DNA of 64,000 nucleotides from an uncultured Acidobacteriota bacterium (GTDB lineage: Bacteria; Acidobacteriota; UBA6911). The first letter of the stretch is position 1, and every line of letters starts with the position of its first letter. Where the stretch lies: contig CAWHCF010000014.1 of the NCBI GenBank assembly GCA_963827655.1, positions 64,001 through 128,000 of the forward strand, given 5' to 3'. The notes under the pieces were generated by a model. That model made no database searches. It was not told the DNA's origin and was given only the letters and a program-made list of their open reading frames with translations. Below, piece by piece: positions 41,118-50,551 of the stretch. A program made the translations under genes and the position numbers.

Positions 41118-42530
41118 TCAGGCGTTGGCGGTTCCGGCTGTCCGGCGATAGTAGAAGTAGAACGGCAAGCCCAGCGTAAGAAGAATCAGTCCCACTGCAG
41201 ACTCCACCGGGCTGGTCTGCAGCGTGTTTATCAGCAACCACACCGCAACAAGCACGAACACAAGCGGGACCAGCGGGTAGCCGAAGGTTCGGTAGGGCCG
41301 CGGGAGATCGGGTCGCCTGCGTCTCAAAACAAAGACCGCTGAGGTAGTCAGACCATAAAAGATCCAGGACGCAAACAGCACGTAGTCGGTCAGTTGATCG
41401 AAAGATCCCGATATCGCCAGCACACTGGCCACTGCAGCCTGAATAACAATGGACCACACCGGCACGCGCGCGCCTTCGCTCAGGCGGCCGAAACGCGCGA
41501 AGAACACGCCGTCGCGCGCCATCGCAAAAGGAACCCGCGCGTTTGACAGGATTGACCCGTTCAAAGCCCCGATCGCCGAGAGCATGAACGCGATCGAGAC
41601 CAGTTTACCCCCGGTGGATCCCAGAAACGATTGCGCGGCTTTAGTCGCAACCGGCAAGGCGTTCCGGTAGGCGGTGGAGTTTGAGGTTATGACCTCGATT
41701 GCCGGCAATGCATAAAAGTATGCCAGGTTGGCCACGCAGTAGACTGCCGTCACGACCACCATCCCGGAGATCAGAGCGCGCGGGATGTTGCGGCCCGGGT
41801 TGCGAACTTCGCCGGCAACCATGGGCATGTTGTTCCAGCCGTCGTAAGCCCAGAGCGCCGCGAGCATCGCCGCGCCGAACGCTTTAAGCCCGCTCCAGGG
41901 CGGAGTGCCCGGAGACGGTGCCAGATTCTCCCAGGTGGCGGTTCTCGAGAAAAAAAACACGCCGCCGACTATGACTGCAATACCGAGCAGCTTTGCAACC
42001 GTGAGAAAGGATTGGACACGGCCGCCGAATGCGACGCCTATGCAGTTGATGGCGGAAAAGAAAAGAATGGCCGATACGGCCACAACCTGGACCAGGCCGA
42101 ACTGCCACTGGATCTCGCGTCCGAATACTTGAAAGGTATGATTTGCCCAAACGCTGTGGAGTGGAAGGATGGCCGAAAGAAATGTTGCGAATCCCACCCC
42201 CAGAATAGCGATCGAACCAGGAGCGGCAACCGCGAAGCGGGTCCAGCCAAACAGGAAGGCTGGAGCCTCGCCGTAGGCCGCGCGCAGGTAAACATATTCT
42301 CCGCCGGCTTCCGGCAGAGCTGCCCCCAGTTCCGCGTAGGTCAGCGCCCCTGCCAGCGACAGCAAGCCGGCCGCTATCCAGGCCGCCAGAACAAGGGCAG
42401 GGGTTTCAACCTGCTGCATCATGACGGAAGTCTTCATGAACACACCCGTACCGATTACGGTGCCAATCACGAGCATCGTGGTGTCGGTAAGGCCAAGAGC
42501 ACGGATCGGCTGGTTCGTTGATTCCGTCAC
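41118..42530 (-). CDS. APC-family amino acid permease (LAT/SteT-like)
   Basis: [20 protein letters not shown] and RPYRTFGYP. Confidence 0.93.
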   Translation of the reverse strand: MTESTNQPIRALGLTDTTMLVIGTVIGTGVFMKTSVMMQQVETPALVLAAWIAAGLLSLAGALTYAELGAALPEAGGEYVYLRAAYGEAPAFLFGWTRFAVAAPGSIAILGVGFATFLSAILPLHSVWANHTFQVFGREIQWQFGLVQVVAVSAILFFSAINCIGVAFGGRVQSFLTVAKLLGIAVIVGGVFFFSRTATWENLAPSPGTPPWSGLKAFGAAMLAALWAYDGWNNMPMVAGEVRNPGRNIPRALISGMVVVTAVYCVANLAYFYALPAIEVITSNSTAYRNALPVATKAAQSFLGSTGGKLVSIAFMLSAIGALNGSILSNARVPFAMARDGVFFARFGRLSEGARVPVWSIVIQAAVASVLAISGSFDQLTDYVLFASWIFYGLTTSAVFVLRRRRPDLPRPYRTFGYPLVPLVFVLVAVWLLINTLQTSPVESAVGLILLTLGLPFYFYYRRTAGTANA

Positions 42531-42893
42531 TATTCGGAAACCTGAATGATGGTACGGCGGTGTTGGCCCTCGCCAATAATCTTGTCACCTTCCGTGACGC
42601 GGACCTCGAACAGGAGCTTGCGGCCGTCGGCTTCGAGCAGCTTGCACGAGATCTTGATCACCGCCCCGATAAGGGCCGCCGCTTTGTGCCTTATGTTGAC
42701 CTCAAAGCCGACCGTGGTAAAACCGGCGGGAAGCAGCGGCTGCACGGCATCCTTGGAAACGATTTCCATCAGGCCGATCATCATGGGGGTGCTCAGGACA
42801 GGAACCTTTGTATGCGACACGGTGTGTTTCTGTTCCACCGTCAACGGTCGCCTCGTTCGTTATGCCCGCCGTTATTCCGTCAAAGCTAGCCAT
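42530..42893 (-). CDS. Fluoroacetyl-CoA thioesterase (FlK)-like hotdog protein; apparent frameshift near 42845
   Basis: [22 protein letters not shown] and GEGQHRR; N-terminus [14 protein letters not shown] in an adjacent frame. Confidence 0.85.
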
Positions 42894-42902
42894 CGCTCCT
42901 CC

Positions 42903-42999
42903 GATTTACGATTGACGATTGACGATTGACGATTTCGAAAAACAGGACGCGGTGAACAGTTAAATTCAATCGTCAATCGTAAATCGTCAATCGTCAATC
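42903..42999. repeat. (ATTGACG)n heptamer inverted pair
   Basis: GATTTACGATTGACGATTGACGATTGACGATT ... AATCGTCAATCGTAAATCGTCAATCGTCAATC. Confidence 0.92.
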
Positions 43000-43002
43000 T
43001 CG

Positions 43003-43974
43003 TTAGCGGTTGTATTTTGGCGTAACACCTCGGAGCTCGGTCCAGATGGTTTCGCATTCTTTCAGGACCTGCTCGCTCAGCAAGGGCCCCTGGCAAGCTT
43101 TAACGTTCTCGTCGATCTGCTCGAGCCGGGTTGCTCCGAGGATGATGCTGTCGACCAAAGGCTGCGCCAGAAGCCAGCGGAACGCGAGCGCGACGAGAGA
43201 CATCCCTTCCCGCTGCGCGATCGCCGAGAGCTTTTCCACCGCCGAAAAGAGTGCGGGGTGCCAGTATCGATCCAGGTACATCTTGTTGTCGTGGAAACGT
43301 GTCCCTGCCGGCGGGCCTTCTTGTGCGGAATGTTTTCCCGTGAGCAGACCCCCGGCCAGTGGATTGTAAGGAACTACCGCGACATTGTACTCCTTGCAGA
43401 AAGCCAGGAATTCCTGTTCGATGCCTCGGGCCAGAAGGTTGTACATCGGCTGGGAGACGGTGGGTGGCGTGTAGCCATGGTTTTCGGAAAGCCATAGCGT
43501 CTGGCAAATCTGCCAGGCAGAGTAGTTCGACGCCGCCGGGTAGCGCACTTTCCCTTCCCTCACCAGTTCGTCCATCGCGGCCAGCGACTCCTGTATCGGC
43601 GTGTTCCAGTCGGGCAGGTGCATGTAGTACAGATCAACGACGTCGGTCTGGAGGCGCTTGAGACTGCCATCGATGGCTCTGCGGATGGCGGCGCGCGTCA
43701 GCCCCACATCGTCAGGCTCCTCCCCCATCTTCCCGCGCACCTTGGTGGCCAGCACCACGTTATGCCGCCGCCCTTTCAGTGCTTTTCCGGTGATTGTTTC
43801 GGCAAGACCATTATTGTAAACGTTAGCGGTATCCACAAAATTGATTTCATGCTCGAGGCAGCGGTCCATCATCCGAATCGCGTCAGCCTCGGACACTTGA
43901 CTGCCGAAGGTCATCGTGCCTATGGAGAGTCGGGATACTTTGAGGTCGGTCTTGCCCAGAGTTCTGAATTCCAT
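43003..43974 (-). CDS. Aldo/keto reductase
   Basis: GTMTFG, DTANVY, ATKV, SLKRLQTD and YNPLAGGLLTGK. Confidence 0.93.
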   Translation of the reverse strand: MEFRTLGKTDLKVSRLSIGTMTFGSQVSEADAIRMMDRCLEHEINFVDTANVYNNGLAETITGKALKGRRHNVVLATKVRGKMGEEPDDVGLTRAAIRRAIDGSLKRLQTDVVDLYYMHLPDWNTPIQESLAAMDELVREGKVRYPAASNYSAWQICQTLWLSENHGYTPPTVSQPMYNLLARGIEQEFLAFCKEYNVAVVPYNPLAGGLLTGKHSAQEGPPAGTRFHDNKMYLDRYWHPALFSAVEKLSAIAQREGMSLVALAFRWLLAQPLVDSIILGATRLEQIDENVKACQGPLLSEQVLKECETIWTELRGVTPKYNR

Positions 43975-44162
43975 GGCTCTCCTTTGATTGGATGACACTT
44001 ACCGCCGGCCAATGCGCACAGGTTCAGCGGCCATTGACAATTGTCAATATTGACACATCGTCGATTCAAGAAATTCGCGCTCAATGACACTTGGATTATA
44101 ATCGGAACCGGTCGAAATCAATCGTCTATTACCCAGAGACTATAGTATTTTCGGGGCCCCAG

Positions 44163-44585
44163 ATGACAGAACGGCAGATCCTCAATAATAAAGACTTTTC
44201 CGAGCTGATTGGCCTGGTTACTCAGCGACACCAGGACGGGACCTGCGTCTCGGAAATGGAGCTGGACCAGCGCCACTTCTCGCTGGCCGAGCGCGTGCAC
44301 GGAGGCGTCCTGGCTTCAATGCTCGACACTACCCTGGGAGGTGCGGTGTTTGGCGGAATCCCGAAAGGGAAGGGATGCGCCACGCTGTCGCTGAACATTA
44401 ATTTCTTTCGCCCGGTTACGGCCGGGAAACTGGTGTGCACGGCCCGGCTCGGAAACTTGTCGCGCCAGACGGCCTATGCGTCCGGCGAGATTCATGACGA
44501 GAAAGGTCGGCTTATCGCATCCGCAACCGCAACGTTCTTCCTGACACCTACCGTCCAACAGCCGCCTAAGAATTTCGCCCCGTAG
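44163..44585 (+). CDS. PaaI-family thioesterase
   Basis: VHGGVLASMLD and TLSLNINFFRP. Confidence 0.9.
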   Translation: MTERQILNNKDFSELIGLVTQRHQDGTCVSEMELDQRHFSLAERVHGGVLASMLDTTLGGAVFGGIPKGKGCATLSLNINFFRPVTAGKLVCTARLGNLSRQTAYASGEIHDEKGRLIASATATFFLTPTVQQPPKNFAP

Positions 44586-44746
44586 GTATCTTTTTTTCGT
44601 GTCTTTGTATCTTTGTGGTATTGGATTCATTCCCCTTTGTTGGATTTGCGATCGAAGGTTTCCGTGAGGGGTTTTTTAAATCGTCAATCGTCAATCGTAA
44701 ATCGTCATCCGTTTCGCAGCCCTAACCACGAAGACACGAAGAATCT

Positions 44747-47209
44747 TCAGTGGCCGAGAAAGCGAATGCGCCCGGTGAAGACTCTTCCCTGCCCTCCACT
44801 GAAAGTTCGGAAATCGGGAGAGCTGATGTTGTTGTTCACTACCACCGGGTTGTGATGGCCCGTGATGTTGTTGAATCCTGCCCTTAACGCCCATTGCCAG
44901 CGCCCCACCCGAAAGCGTCGCTCCATATGGACATTCAAGCTGAAGTAATCGGGCAGGCGGCTGCCGTTGGGCGGGCCGATTAGTTCTTGAAGCTCGTTCA
45001 CCACGGTATATGGAAAGCCCGTGTGCCACTCCATGAAATAGGCGACCGAGTATTTCTTCAGGAACGGGGCTGGAAGAAAGGCCCAGGAAATGACCCGGTT
45101 CGGAACATCCCAGTCGAGCGGCCCACCCGCCTGCCTGCCAAGAATCGGGTTCTCGAGAGAAAAGTCAATAACCGCCGTGGAACGCGCGCTCGAATAGGCG
45201 TAGGAAAGAAGCCACGGGTATTTCTCTTTGAACGTCCGCGTAGCCGTGAATTCCAGGAGGCGATAGTTGTCCCTGCGCAGATTGTCAAGCTGGAAAGCTC
45301 TCAGCAGTGAACTGTCGTCGAACGAGGCGGGGCCGGCATCATAAGACCACCCGTTGCGCCCGTGCTTGCGGATAAAATTGCTGCGGAAGTAGAAAGACCC
45401 TGGTAACTTCTGCTCCCACCCCACGCTCCAGTTCAAGTAAAAAGGGGGTTTCAAGCCATGCTCGTTAGCCCGATAGAAGCTGAGCACCGGTTCACGCATG
45501 GTCGTAAGTCCGTCTTCATCGTAGAACGTGTCCAAGCGCTGCTGATCCAACTCCCGGGTCAGGAGGTCCAGGTGCGTGGCATCGTAGAATACACCGATAC
45601 CGGCTGAGAACTTGGAGTCCGGCGCCCGGGTGGGACTCCAGGTCGCCCCAATCCGGGGAGACCACAACGGCTCCCGAATGATCTGATCCCAATCGAATCG
45701 CATTCCAGCTTCGACCAGAAGCCTTTCATTGAGCGACCATCGGTCCTGGATAAAGCCTCCGAATTCGAAGTTGTGCCGGCCGAAATTCGGGTTGCCGCTG
45801 AATGAAACCGCTCGGGCCAGGCTTCCGGCGTAGCGATGCACCTCGAAAGGGCGGCGATCTGCCAGCTGGTCGTAGTCGATCTTGTTAGCGTCGATCCCGA
45901 ACTTCACGCTGTGCTTCCCGCGCCAGTTCCACGACGGAAGGATGACGTTGGCCAGCCACTGCGCTCGCTGTACCATTCCCTCCGAGTTCAAGAAGTAATT
46001 GCCCGATCGGCCTTCAGGGCTGATTTGATAGAGCTCTTCCCCAAGCGGGCGCTCCCTGGTATTGATCTGATTCAGCCCGAACCCCGTCTCCAGAACCCAG
46101 CCGCCCGGCAGAAAGGCCTGGTCCTTGATGTTAAAAAAATAGAAGCGCTCGCGCCGGTTCCGGCTGGTTTCAACCGGGTCCAGCGGCGTGATGCCCAGGT
46201 GGCGCGAGTTCTGAAAATTGACCATCAGGCCAACGCTGAGAAGGTTGGAATCGGTGAGGTTCACTTGCACGCGGCTCAGATTGCTTCCGAACCAGTTTCG
46301 ATTCTTATTCGCCGTCGAGGGAAGCTCGTCTATGATGTTCAAGTCGTACTGCAGTGACATGGCGTTAAAATACCAGGCCCGACCCTTGACAAGAGGTCCC
46401 GAAACCGTCCCGCGCGGGTTCCAGTTACTGATGCCGAACCCATCATGAAATTCGTAAGAAGGCAGAAAATTCGTGGCCGAAAACCGAAGCCGATCGTCGC
46501 CGCGCGAAGACTCCAGCGCCATGACTCCGGCCGAGCCTTTGCCATGCTCAGCGGAGTAGCGGCTGGTCTCGAGCCTGACCGCCCGGATCGCATCCACGGA
46601 GATTCGATTTTCCAGGATGCCTGAAACCGGGCTGGTAATGTTGAAGCCATCCAGGCTGTAGAGCACCTGATCCTCCCCGCCCCCGTTCACATGAATTCTC
46701 CCTTTGGTATCTTTCACCACACCGGGGATCAATGGCAGGGAGTTGCGAAAATCGTGAGTCGCCGGGACCGGGATGTCGATGATCTGTTCAGAGGTAAGGG
46801 TATTCTGGACCGCTATCTCCTCTCGGTCGATGATGGGGGCGGAGTAAACGACGTCAACCTTCTCCTCATATTCCTGCTGGTGATTCAAGACAACTTCCAG
46901 AACGTTGGAGCCTTCGCGCAGAGACATTGATTTGGAGACAAAAGCATAAAAGCCCTGCTTTTCGACCTTAATCTCACACTCACCCGGTGGAGCGGCGGTG
47001 AAGAGAAACCGCCCGATTTCATCACTGCTACGATAGATGGGCGCGGGCAGGCTCGACCCGCTCAGAGTGACAAGCGCGCCTTCGACGGCCAGGCCGTTCT
47101 CATCCACGACTCTGCCGGACAGCTGCGTGGACGCGGCCCATAGCACTTGCCCGATCAGAAGGAACATGGTCGCCCCGATCGAGCCACGTGCACACCAGCG
47201 CTGGAACAT
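44747..47209 (-). CDS. TonB-dependent receptor with N-terminal carboxypeptidase-regulatory-like domain
   Basis: LSGRVVDENG, plug DGFNITSP...YSAEHG, and a beta-barrel C-terminus ending GRIRFLGH. Confidence 0.88.
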   Translation of the reverse strand: MFQRWCARGSIGATMFLLIGQVLWAASTQLSGRVVDENGLAVEGALVTLSGSSLPAPIYRSSDEIGRFLFTAAPPGECEIKVEKQGFYAFVSKSMSLREGSNVLEVVLNHQQEYEEKVDVVYSAPIIDREEIAVQNTLTSEQIIDIPVPATHDFRNSLPLIPGVVKDTKGRIHVNGGGEDQVLYSLDGFNITSPVSGILENRISVDAIRAVRLETSRYSAEHGKGSAGVMALESSRGDDRLRFSATNFLPSYEFHDGFGISNWNPRGTVSGPLVKGRAWYFNAMSLQYDLNIIDELPSTANKNRNWFGSNLSRVQVNLTDSNLLSVGLMVNFQNSRHLGITPLDPVETSRNRRERFYFFNIKDQAFLPGGWVLETGFGLNQINTRERPLGEELYQISPEGRSGNYFLNSEGMVQRAQWLANVILPSWNWRGKHSVKFGIDANKIDYDQLADRRPFEVHRYAGSLARAVSFSGNPNFGRHNFEFGGFIQDRWSLNERLLVEAGMRFDWDQIIREPLWSPRIGATWSPTRAPDSKFSAGIGVFYDATHLDLLTRELDQQRLDTFYDEDGLTTMREPVLSFYRANEHGLKPPFYLNWSVGWEQKLPGSFYFRSNFIRKHGRNGWSYDAGPASFDDSSLLRAFQLDNLRRDNYRLLEFTATRTFKEKYPWLLSYAYSSARSTAVIDFSLENPILGRQAGGPLDWDVPNRVISWAFLPAPFLKKYSVAYFMEWHTGFPYTVVNELQELIGPPNGSRLPDYFSLNVHMERRFRVGRWQWALRAGFNNITGHHNPVVVNNNISSPDFRTFSGGQGRVFTGRIRFLGH

Positions 47210-47454
47210 GAAACTATTTTAACCTACAAGGACGTAACGATTCGAGATCTTAGCGTTTTCTTTGTGTCCCTCGTGCGGCATTTTCTTTGTTTTTCGACAC
47301 GTCCTTAGCGATTGTTTGAGTCTTAGTGTCTTAGCGGAGCTATCAGCTGTCAGCCGTCAGCTTCTGGACGAAGAACACTTGGTTGCGGCGGGAGGCTGCG
47401 TCTTCGAGTCTTAGTGGTGGCTTTTTTTTGAGCGCCAAGACGCGAGGGCGTGGA

Positions 47455-47976
47455 TCAGAAAAGCCGGGACAGAATGTCGGAAGGAACCTCGGGGCGGAGG
47501 AGCGGATAGGCTTCCAGGATCCGTCCGATATCCGCGAGATCTTTTTGCCGCTTGCTGGGACGCCGCCCCTCGTCGGTCACTGCCCAGACTTTGGCACGCA
47601 GAAGATCCTTGATATCTGCGACCGGCATTTCTATTCCCAGGACCGGCATGGGTCTTGAGCGCGCAACGAAATCGAAGTAGCGCGGATCCGTTTGGATCTG
47701 CACGCGCAAGTCCGAACCTGGAAACGACAGGTTAATGCTGTGGGGGAAGCGTTCGGCTTTGAAATCGCGAGACAACTTTCGCACGGCATCTTCGATCTGC
47801 TCCGAAGCCAGCACCAGGTCAAGATCGAGACTGACGAGAGGTTCGACATAGGCGTTGATGCCCTGGCCCCCGATAACGCAGAACTTGATCTGCGCCTTCT
47901 CGAGCCACTCGAGGAGCTTGGCGAGCGCGCCGGACTCATCGGACACTATGGTTCTCCAGAACTCTGCGGCAAGCAT
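47455..47976 (-). CDS. Putative nucleotidyltransferase (AbiEii/MNT-like)
   Basis: IGGQGINAY...SLDLDLV and KVWA...RPSKRQKDLADI. Confidence 0.7.
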   Translation of the reverse strand: MLAAEFWRTIVSDESGALAKLLEWLEKAQIKFCVIGGQGINAYVEPLVSLDLDLVLASEQIEDAVRKLSRDFKAERFPHSINLSFPGSDLRVQIQTDPRYFDFVARSRPMPVLGIEMPVADIKDLLRAKVWAVTDEGRRPSKRQKDLADIGRILEAYPLLRPEVPSDILSRLF

Positions 47977-47982
47977 CACTTC

Positions 47983-48063
47983 GATTGACGATTGACGATT
48001 GACGATTGACGATTGCAACGTTCGCAATCGTAAATCGTCAATCGTAAATCGTCAATCGTCAAT
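47983..48063. repeat. (ATTGACG)n heptamer inverted pair
   Basis: About 4.5 forward units, TTGCAACGTTCGC, then five AATCGTM units. Confidence 0.92.
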
Positions 48064-48531
48064 CTACTGGACTTCGGTTACGGGTTTTCCATAGGGGATG
48101 ACCGGTTGGATCCGGCTAGAGGGCTCGGCCGATTCAATCCGCCACGACTCGCCCTCTTTCCTCAAGCTCATGCGCTGGCGCTCGTTCTGATCCTGGTAGA
48201 CATATTCGACCACGAGGGTTGCGGCGCCTTCGCCGGATCGCTGAACATCATAGACAGCGACGCCCTTCACCTTTTCAATGCTCTCCCTGAGATACTCCGA
48301 GAACCGGGGGAGTGTCATTCCGCGCGCCGTAACCTCCAGTTGCTCGCGCATCGACCCGGTGAAGCAATCCATGTATCCCTCGACGCTTCCCGCGCGGGAT
48401 TGATCCAGCACCCGCCAGATCACATTCTCCGGTTCCTCGGGAGTCTTGGGCCGCTGACGGTAGGACAGAAAGACTGCGCCGGCAACCAGCGCAAGAGTCA
48501 ATGCGAATGCGAAAGCCTTTTTCGAAGCCAT
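48064..48531 (-). CDS. Small membrane-anchored protein (possible NTF2-like/DUF4878 fold)
   Basis: N-terminal TM; TPEEPENVIWRVLD...LRKEGESWRI; last gene of the ATPase-hflCK operon. Confidence 0.7.
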   Translation of the reverse strand: MASKKAFAFALTLALVAGAVFLSYRQRPKTPEEPENVIWRVLDQSRAGSVEGYMDCFTGSMREQLEVTARGMTLPRFSEYLRESIEKVKGVAVYDVQRSGEGAATLVVEYVYQDQNERQRMSLRKEGESWRIESAEPSSRIQPVIPYGKPVTEVQ

Positions 48532-48538
48532 GTCTCAC

Positions 48539-48607
48539 GATTGACGATTTACGATTGACGTTCCACGTTCTCCAAAATCGTCAATCGTAAATCGTAAATC
48601 GTCAATC
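48539..48607. repeat. (ATTGACG)n heptamer inverted pair inside the operon
   Basis: GATTGACGATTTACGATTGACG ... AATCGTCAATCGTAAATCGTAAATCGTCAATC; contains the hflK stop codon. Confidence 0.9.
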
Positions 48608-49618
48608 GTTGGGTCTCTTCTCGATCAAATCGAGATCGATTCCTCCAGATCCGGATTCAACCACGATCTTCTTCAGCCGAGGCAGCACCTCCTCCATCGT
48701 CTCCAGAAAAAGCCGGGCGCTCGTGACATCGCGCGCGCGGGCATACTCCGTCGCCAGGCTTACGAATCGAGCTGCGTCACCCTCGGCCTCGTTGATCTTG
48801 CGCTCGCAGTAACTGGTGGCTTCGGCCGTCAAGCGGGAAGCTTCGCCGCGCGCCCGAGGCACCACGGCATTTAAATAGCTTTCCGCCTCCTGCATGATTC
48901 GGTCCTTGTCTTCTCGAGCGCTTGCCACGTCGCGGAAGGCTTCCAGAACTTCGTCGGGGGGAGCGATGGATTCAAGGCTGATGCTCGAGATGAGCGCGCC
49001 GCAGCGGTACTCATCAAGCAGGTTCTGGGCGGATGACTGCACTTCCTGCTGTACCACGACCTTTTCGGTCGTAAGCAAGTCATCCACCCTGCGCCGCACA
49101 ATCACGGCGGAGAGCGCGGTCTCCACGGATTTGGCGATCACGGATGTTACATTGCTGGCGTGGAAGAGGTACGCGACCGGATCCTGCACCGTGTACTGCA
49201 CCGCCAGACGCACATTAATGATGTTCTGGTCGCCGGTCAGGAACTGCGCTCTGACTTCGCCGGCGCCGCGGCCGAGGACCTGATCCGGGGCTTCTACTCC
49301 GACGGTGAGGCGTTTGGTTTCAAGCACCTTCAGCTTGTGAACCTGGGCCAGAGGATACGGCCAGGTCCAGTGAATGCCGGGAGGGACGCGTGTCTCGTGG
49401 ACCCGGCCGAACAACAAGACTACCGCCTGCTGGTCGGCAAAAACGAAAAAGAAGCCCGAGAGCACATAAAGTACTGCAAGCACAGCCAGAAGGTGACGCC
49501 GGTTCCGGCGCTCCAGCCAGTGATCGGCTCGGTGTGCAATCGAATGAAACAGGCGGAGACCACGGCCCTGGTCGTGGTGGTGCGAGTGATTATGGCCGCT
49601 AGTGTTATTGTGCCCCAA
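48602..49618 (-). CDS. hflK: HflK-like SPFH protein with His-rich N-terminus
   Basis: PGIHWTWPYP, FLTGDQNII, AFRDVASARED and ARGEA; TTG start after GGAGG; N-terminus MGHNNTSGHNHSHHHD. Confidence 0.9.
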   Translation of the reverse strand: MGHNNTSGHNHSHHHDQGRGLRLFHSIAHRADHWLERRNRRHLLAVLAVLYVLSGFFFVFADQQAVVLLFGRVHETRVPPGIHWTWPYPLAQVHKLKVLETKRLTVGVEAPDQVLGRGAGEVRAQFLTGDQNIINVRLAVQYTVQDPVAYLFHASNVTSVIAKSVETALSAVIVRRRVDDLLTTEKVVVQQEVQSSAQNLLDEYRCGALISSISLESIAPPDEVLEAFRDVASAREDKDRIMQEAESYLNAVVPRARGEASRLTAEATSYCERKINEAEGDAARFVSLATEYARARDVTSARLFLETMEEVLPRLKKIVVESGSGGIDLDLIEKRPND

Positions 49619-50483
49619 CCTTACCCCTCCCCTGGGTCAGCAGTTTCAAGAGTTCTGAATCTGAAGACAGGATGATGCTGGTCTTGTCGTCCAGGATTCG
49701 CTTGTAGGAATCGAGGGTCCGAACCAGCTTGTAGAACTGGGGATCGCGAGAGTATGCCTCTCCGTAGATCCGGGTGGATTCCGCGTCGCCATGACCGCGA
49801 AGCTTTTCCGCTTCGCGATAGGCCTCGGCCAGCATCACCTCTCTTTGCCTGTCGGCGTCGGCCCTGATTTGTATCGCCCTTTCCTCACCCTCGGCCCGGT
49901 ACTGCTTGGCGATTCTCTCCCGCTCCGCGCGCATACGGGCGAACACCGACTTCTTGTTCTGTTCGGGAAAGGTCAAGCGCTTGAGCTGCACATCCATCAC
50001 CTGGATTCCAAACTGATCGCCCGACACCTTGCGCCGAACCGCCTGAGTCACCTCGGCCGTTTTGATGCGGCTCGGCTCCACCGACACCAGGTCTTCCAGT
50101 TTCAGATTGCCCAGCTCCGCTGCCAGGGCCGCCCAGACGATGTCGTGGAGTCGCATCTCGGCGGTCACGACGTCTCCGACCGTCTGAAGGAAACGATTCG
50201 GATCCGATATGCGCCAGATGACATCGCTATCAAGAACCAGATTCTTCTTGTCGCGAGTCAGGAATTCGGAAGGCCTGGGGTTGTATACCAGGAGCCTCTT
50301 CTCAAACCGCAGCAATCGCTGGATCGGCCACTTCAAGTACAGGCCTGCATGCAGGACGGTGCGTACCGGTTTGCCGAACAACGTAACGATGCCCGTCTCG
50401 GTCTCCGGCATAACATAGAATGAGTTCCAAACGATCAGGACGGCGATGAGTACCAGCGCCGCACGCTTCCAACGATCATTCAT
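49605..50483 (-). CDS. hflC: HflC-like SPFH protein
   Basis: FLTRDKKNL, RMRAERERIAKQYRAEGEE and DPQFYKLVRTLDSY. Confidence 0.92.
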   Translation of the reverse strand: MNDRWKRAALVLIAVLIVWNSFYVMPETETGIVTLFGKPVRTVLHAGLYLKWPIQRLLRFEKRLLVYNPRPSEFLTRDKKNLVLDSDVIWRISDPNRFLQTVGDVVTAEMRLHDIVWAALAAELGNLKLEDLVSVEPSRIKTAEVTQAVRRKVSGDQFGIQVMDVQLKRLTFPEQNKKSVFARMRAERERIAKQYRAEGEERAIQIRADADRQREVMLAEAYREAEKLRGHGDAESTRIYGEAYSRDPQFYKLVRTLDSYKRILDDKTSIILSSDSELLKLLTQGRGKVGAQ

Positions 50484-50497
50484 AATCTCTCCATTTA

Positions 50498-50529
50498 AGC
50501 AGTCAGCTGTCAGCTATCAGCAGTCAGCC
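50498..50529. repeat. (TCAGCHR)n heptamer repeat
   Basis: AGCAGTCAGCTGTCAGCTATCAGCAGTCAGCC; similar run at 47338-47362. Confidence 0.75.
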
Positions 50530-50551
50530 ATCAGATTCTGCCTACTGCCTA

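Noticed and set aside
47977-48027. N-terminal extension MRTLQSSIVNRQSSIE on the nucleotidyltransferase
   Set aside because: It is a translation of the heptamer repeat; the real start is probably 47976 or 47979.
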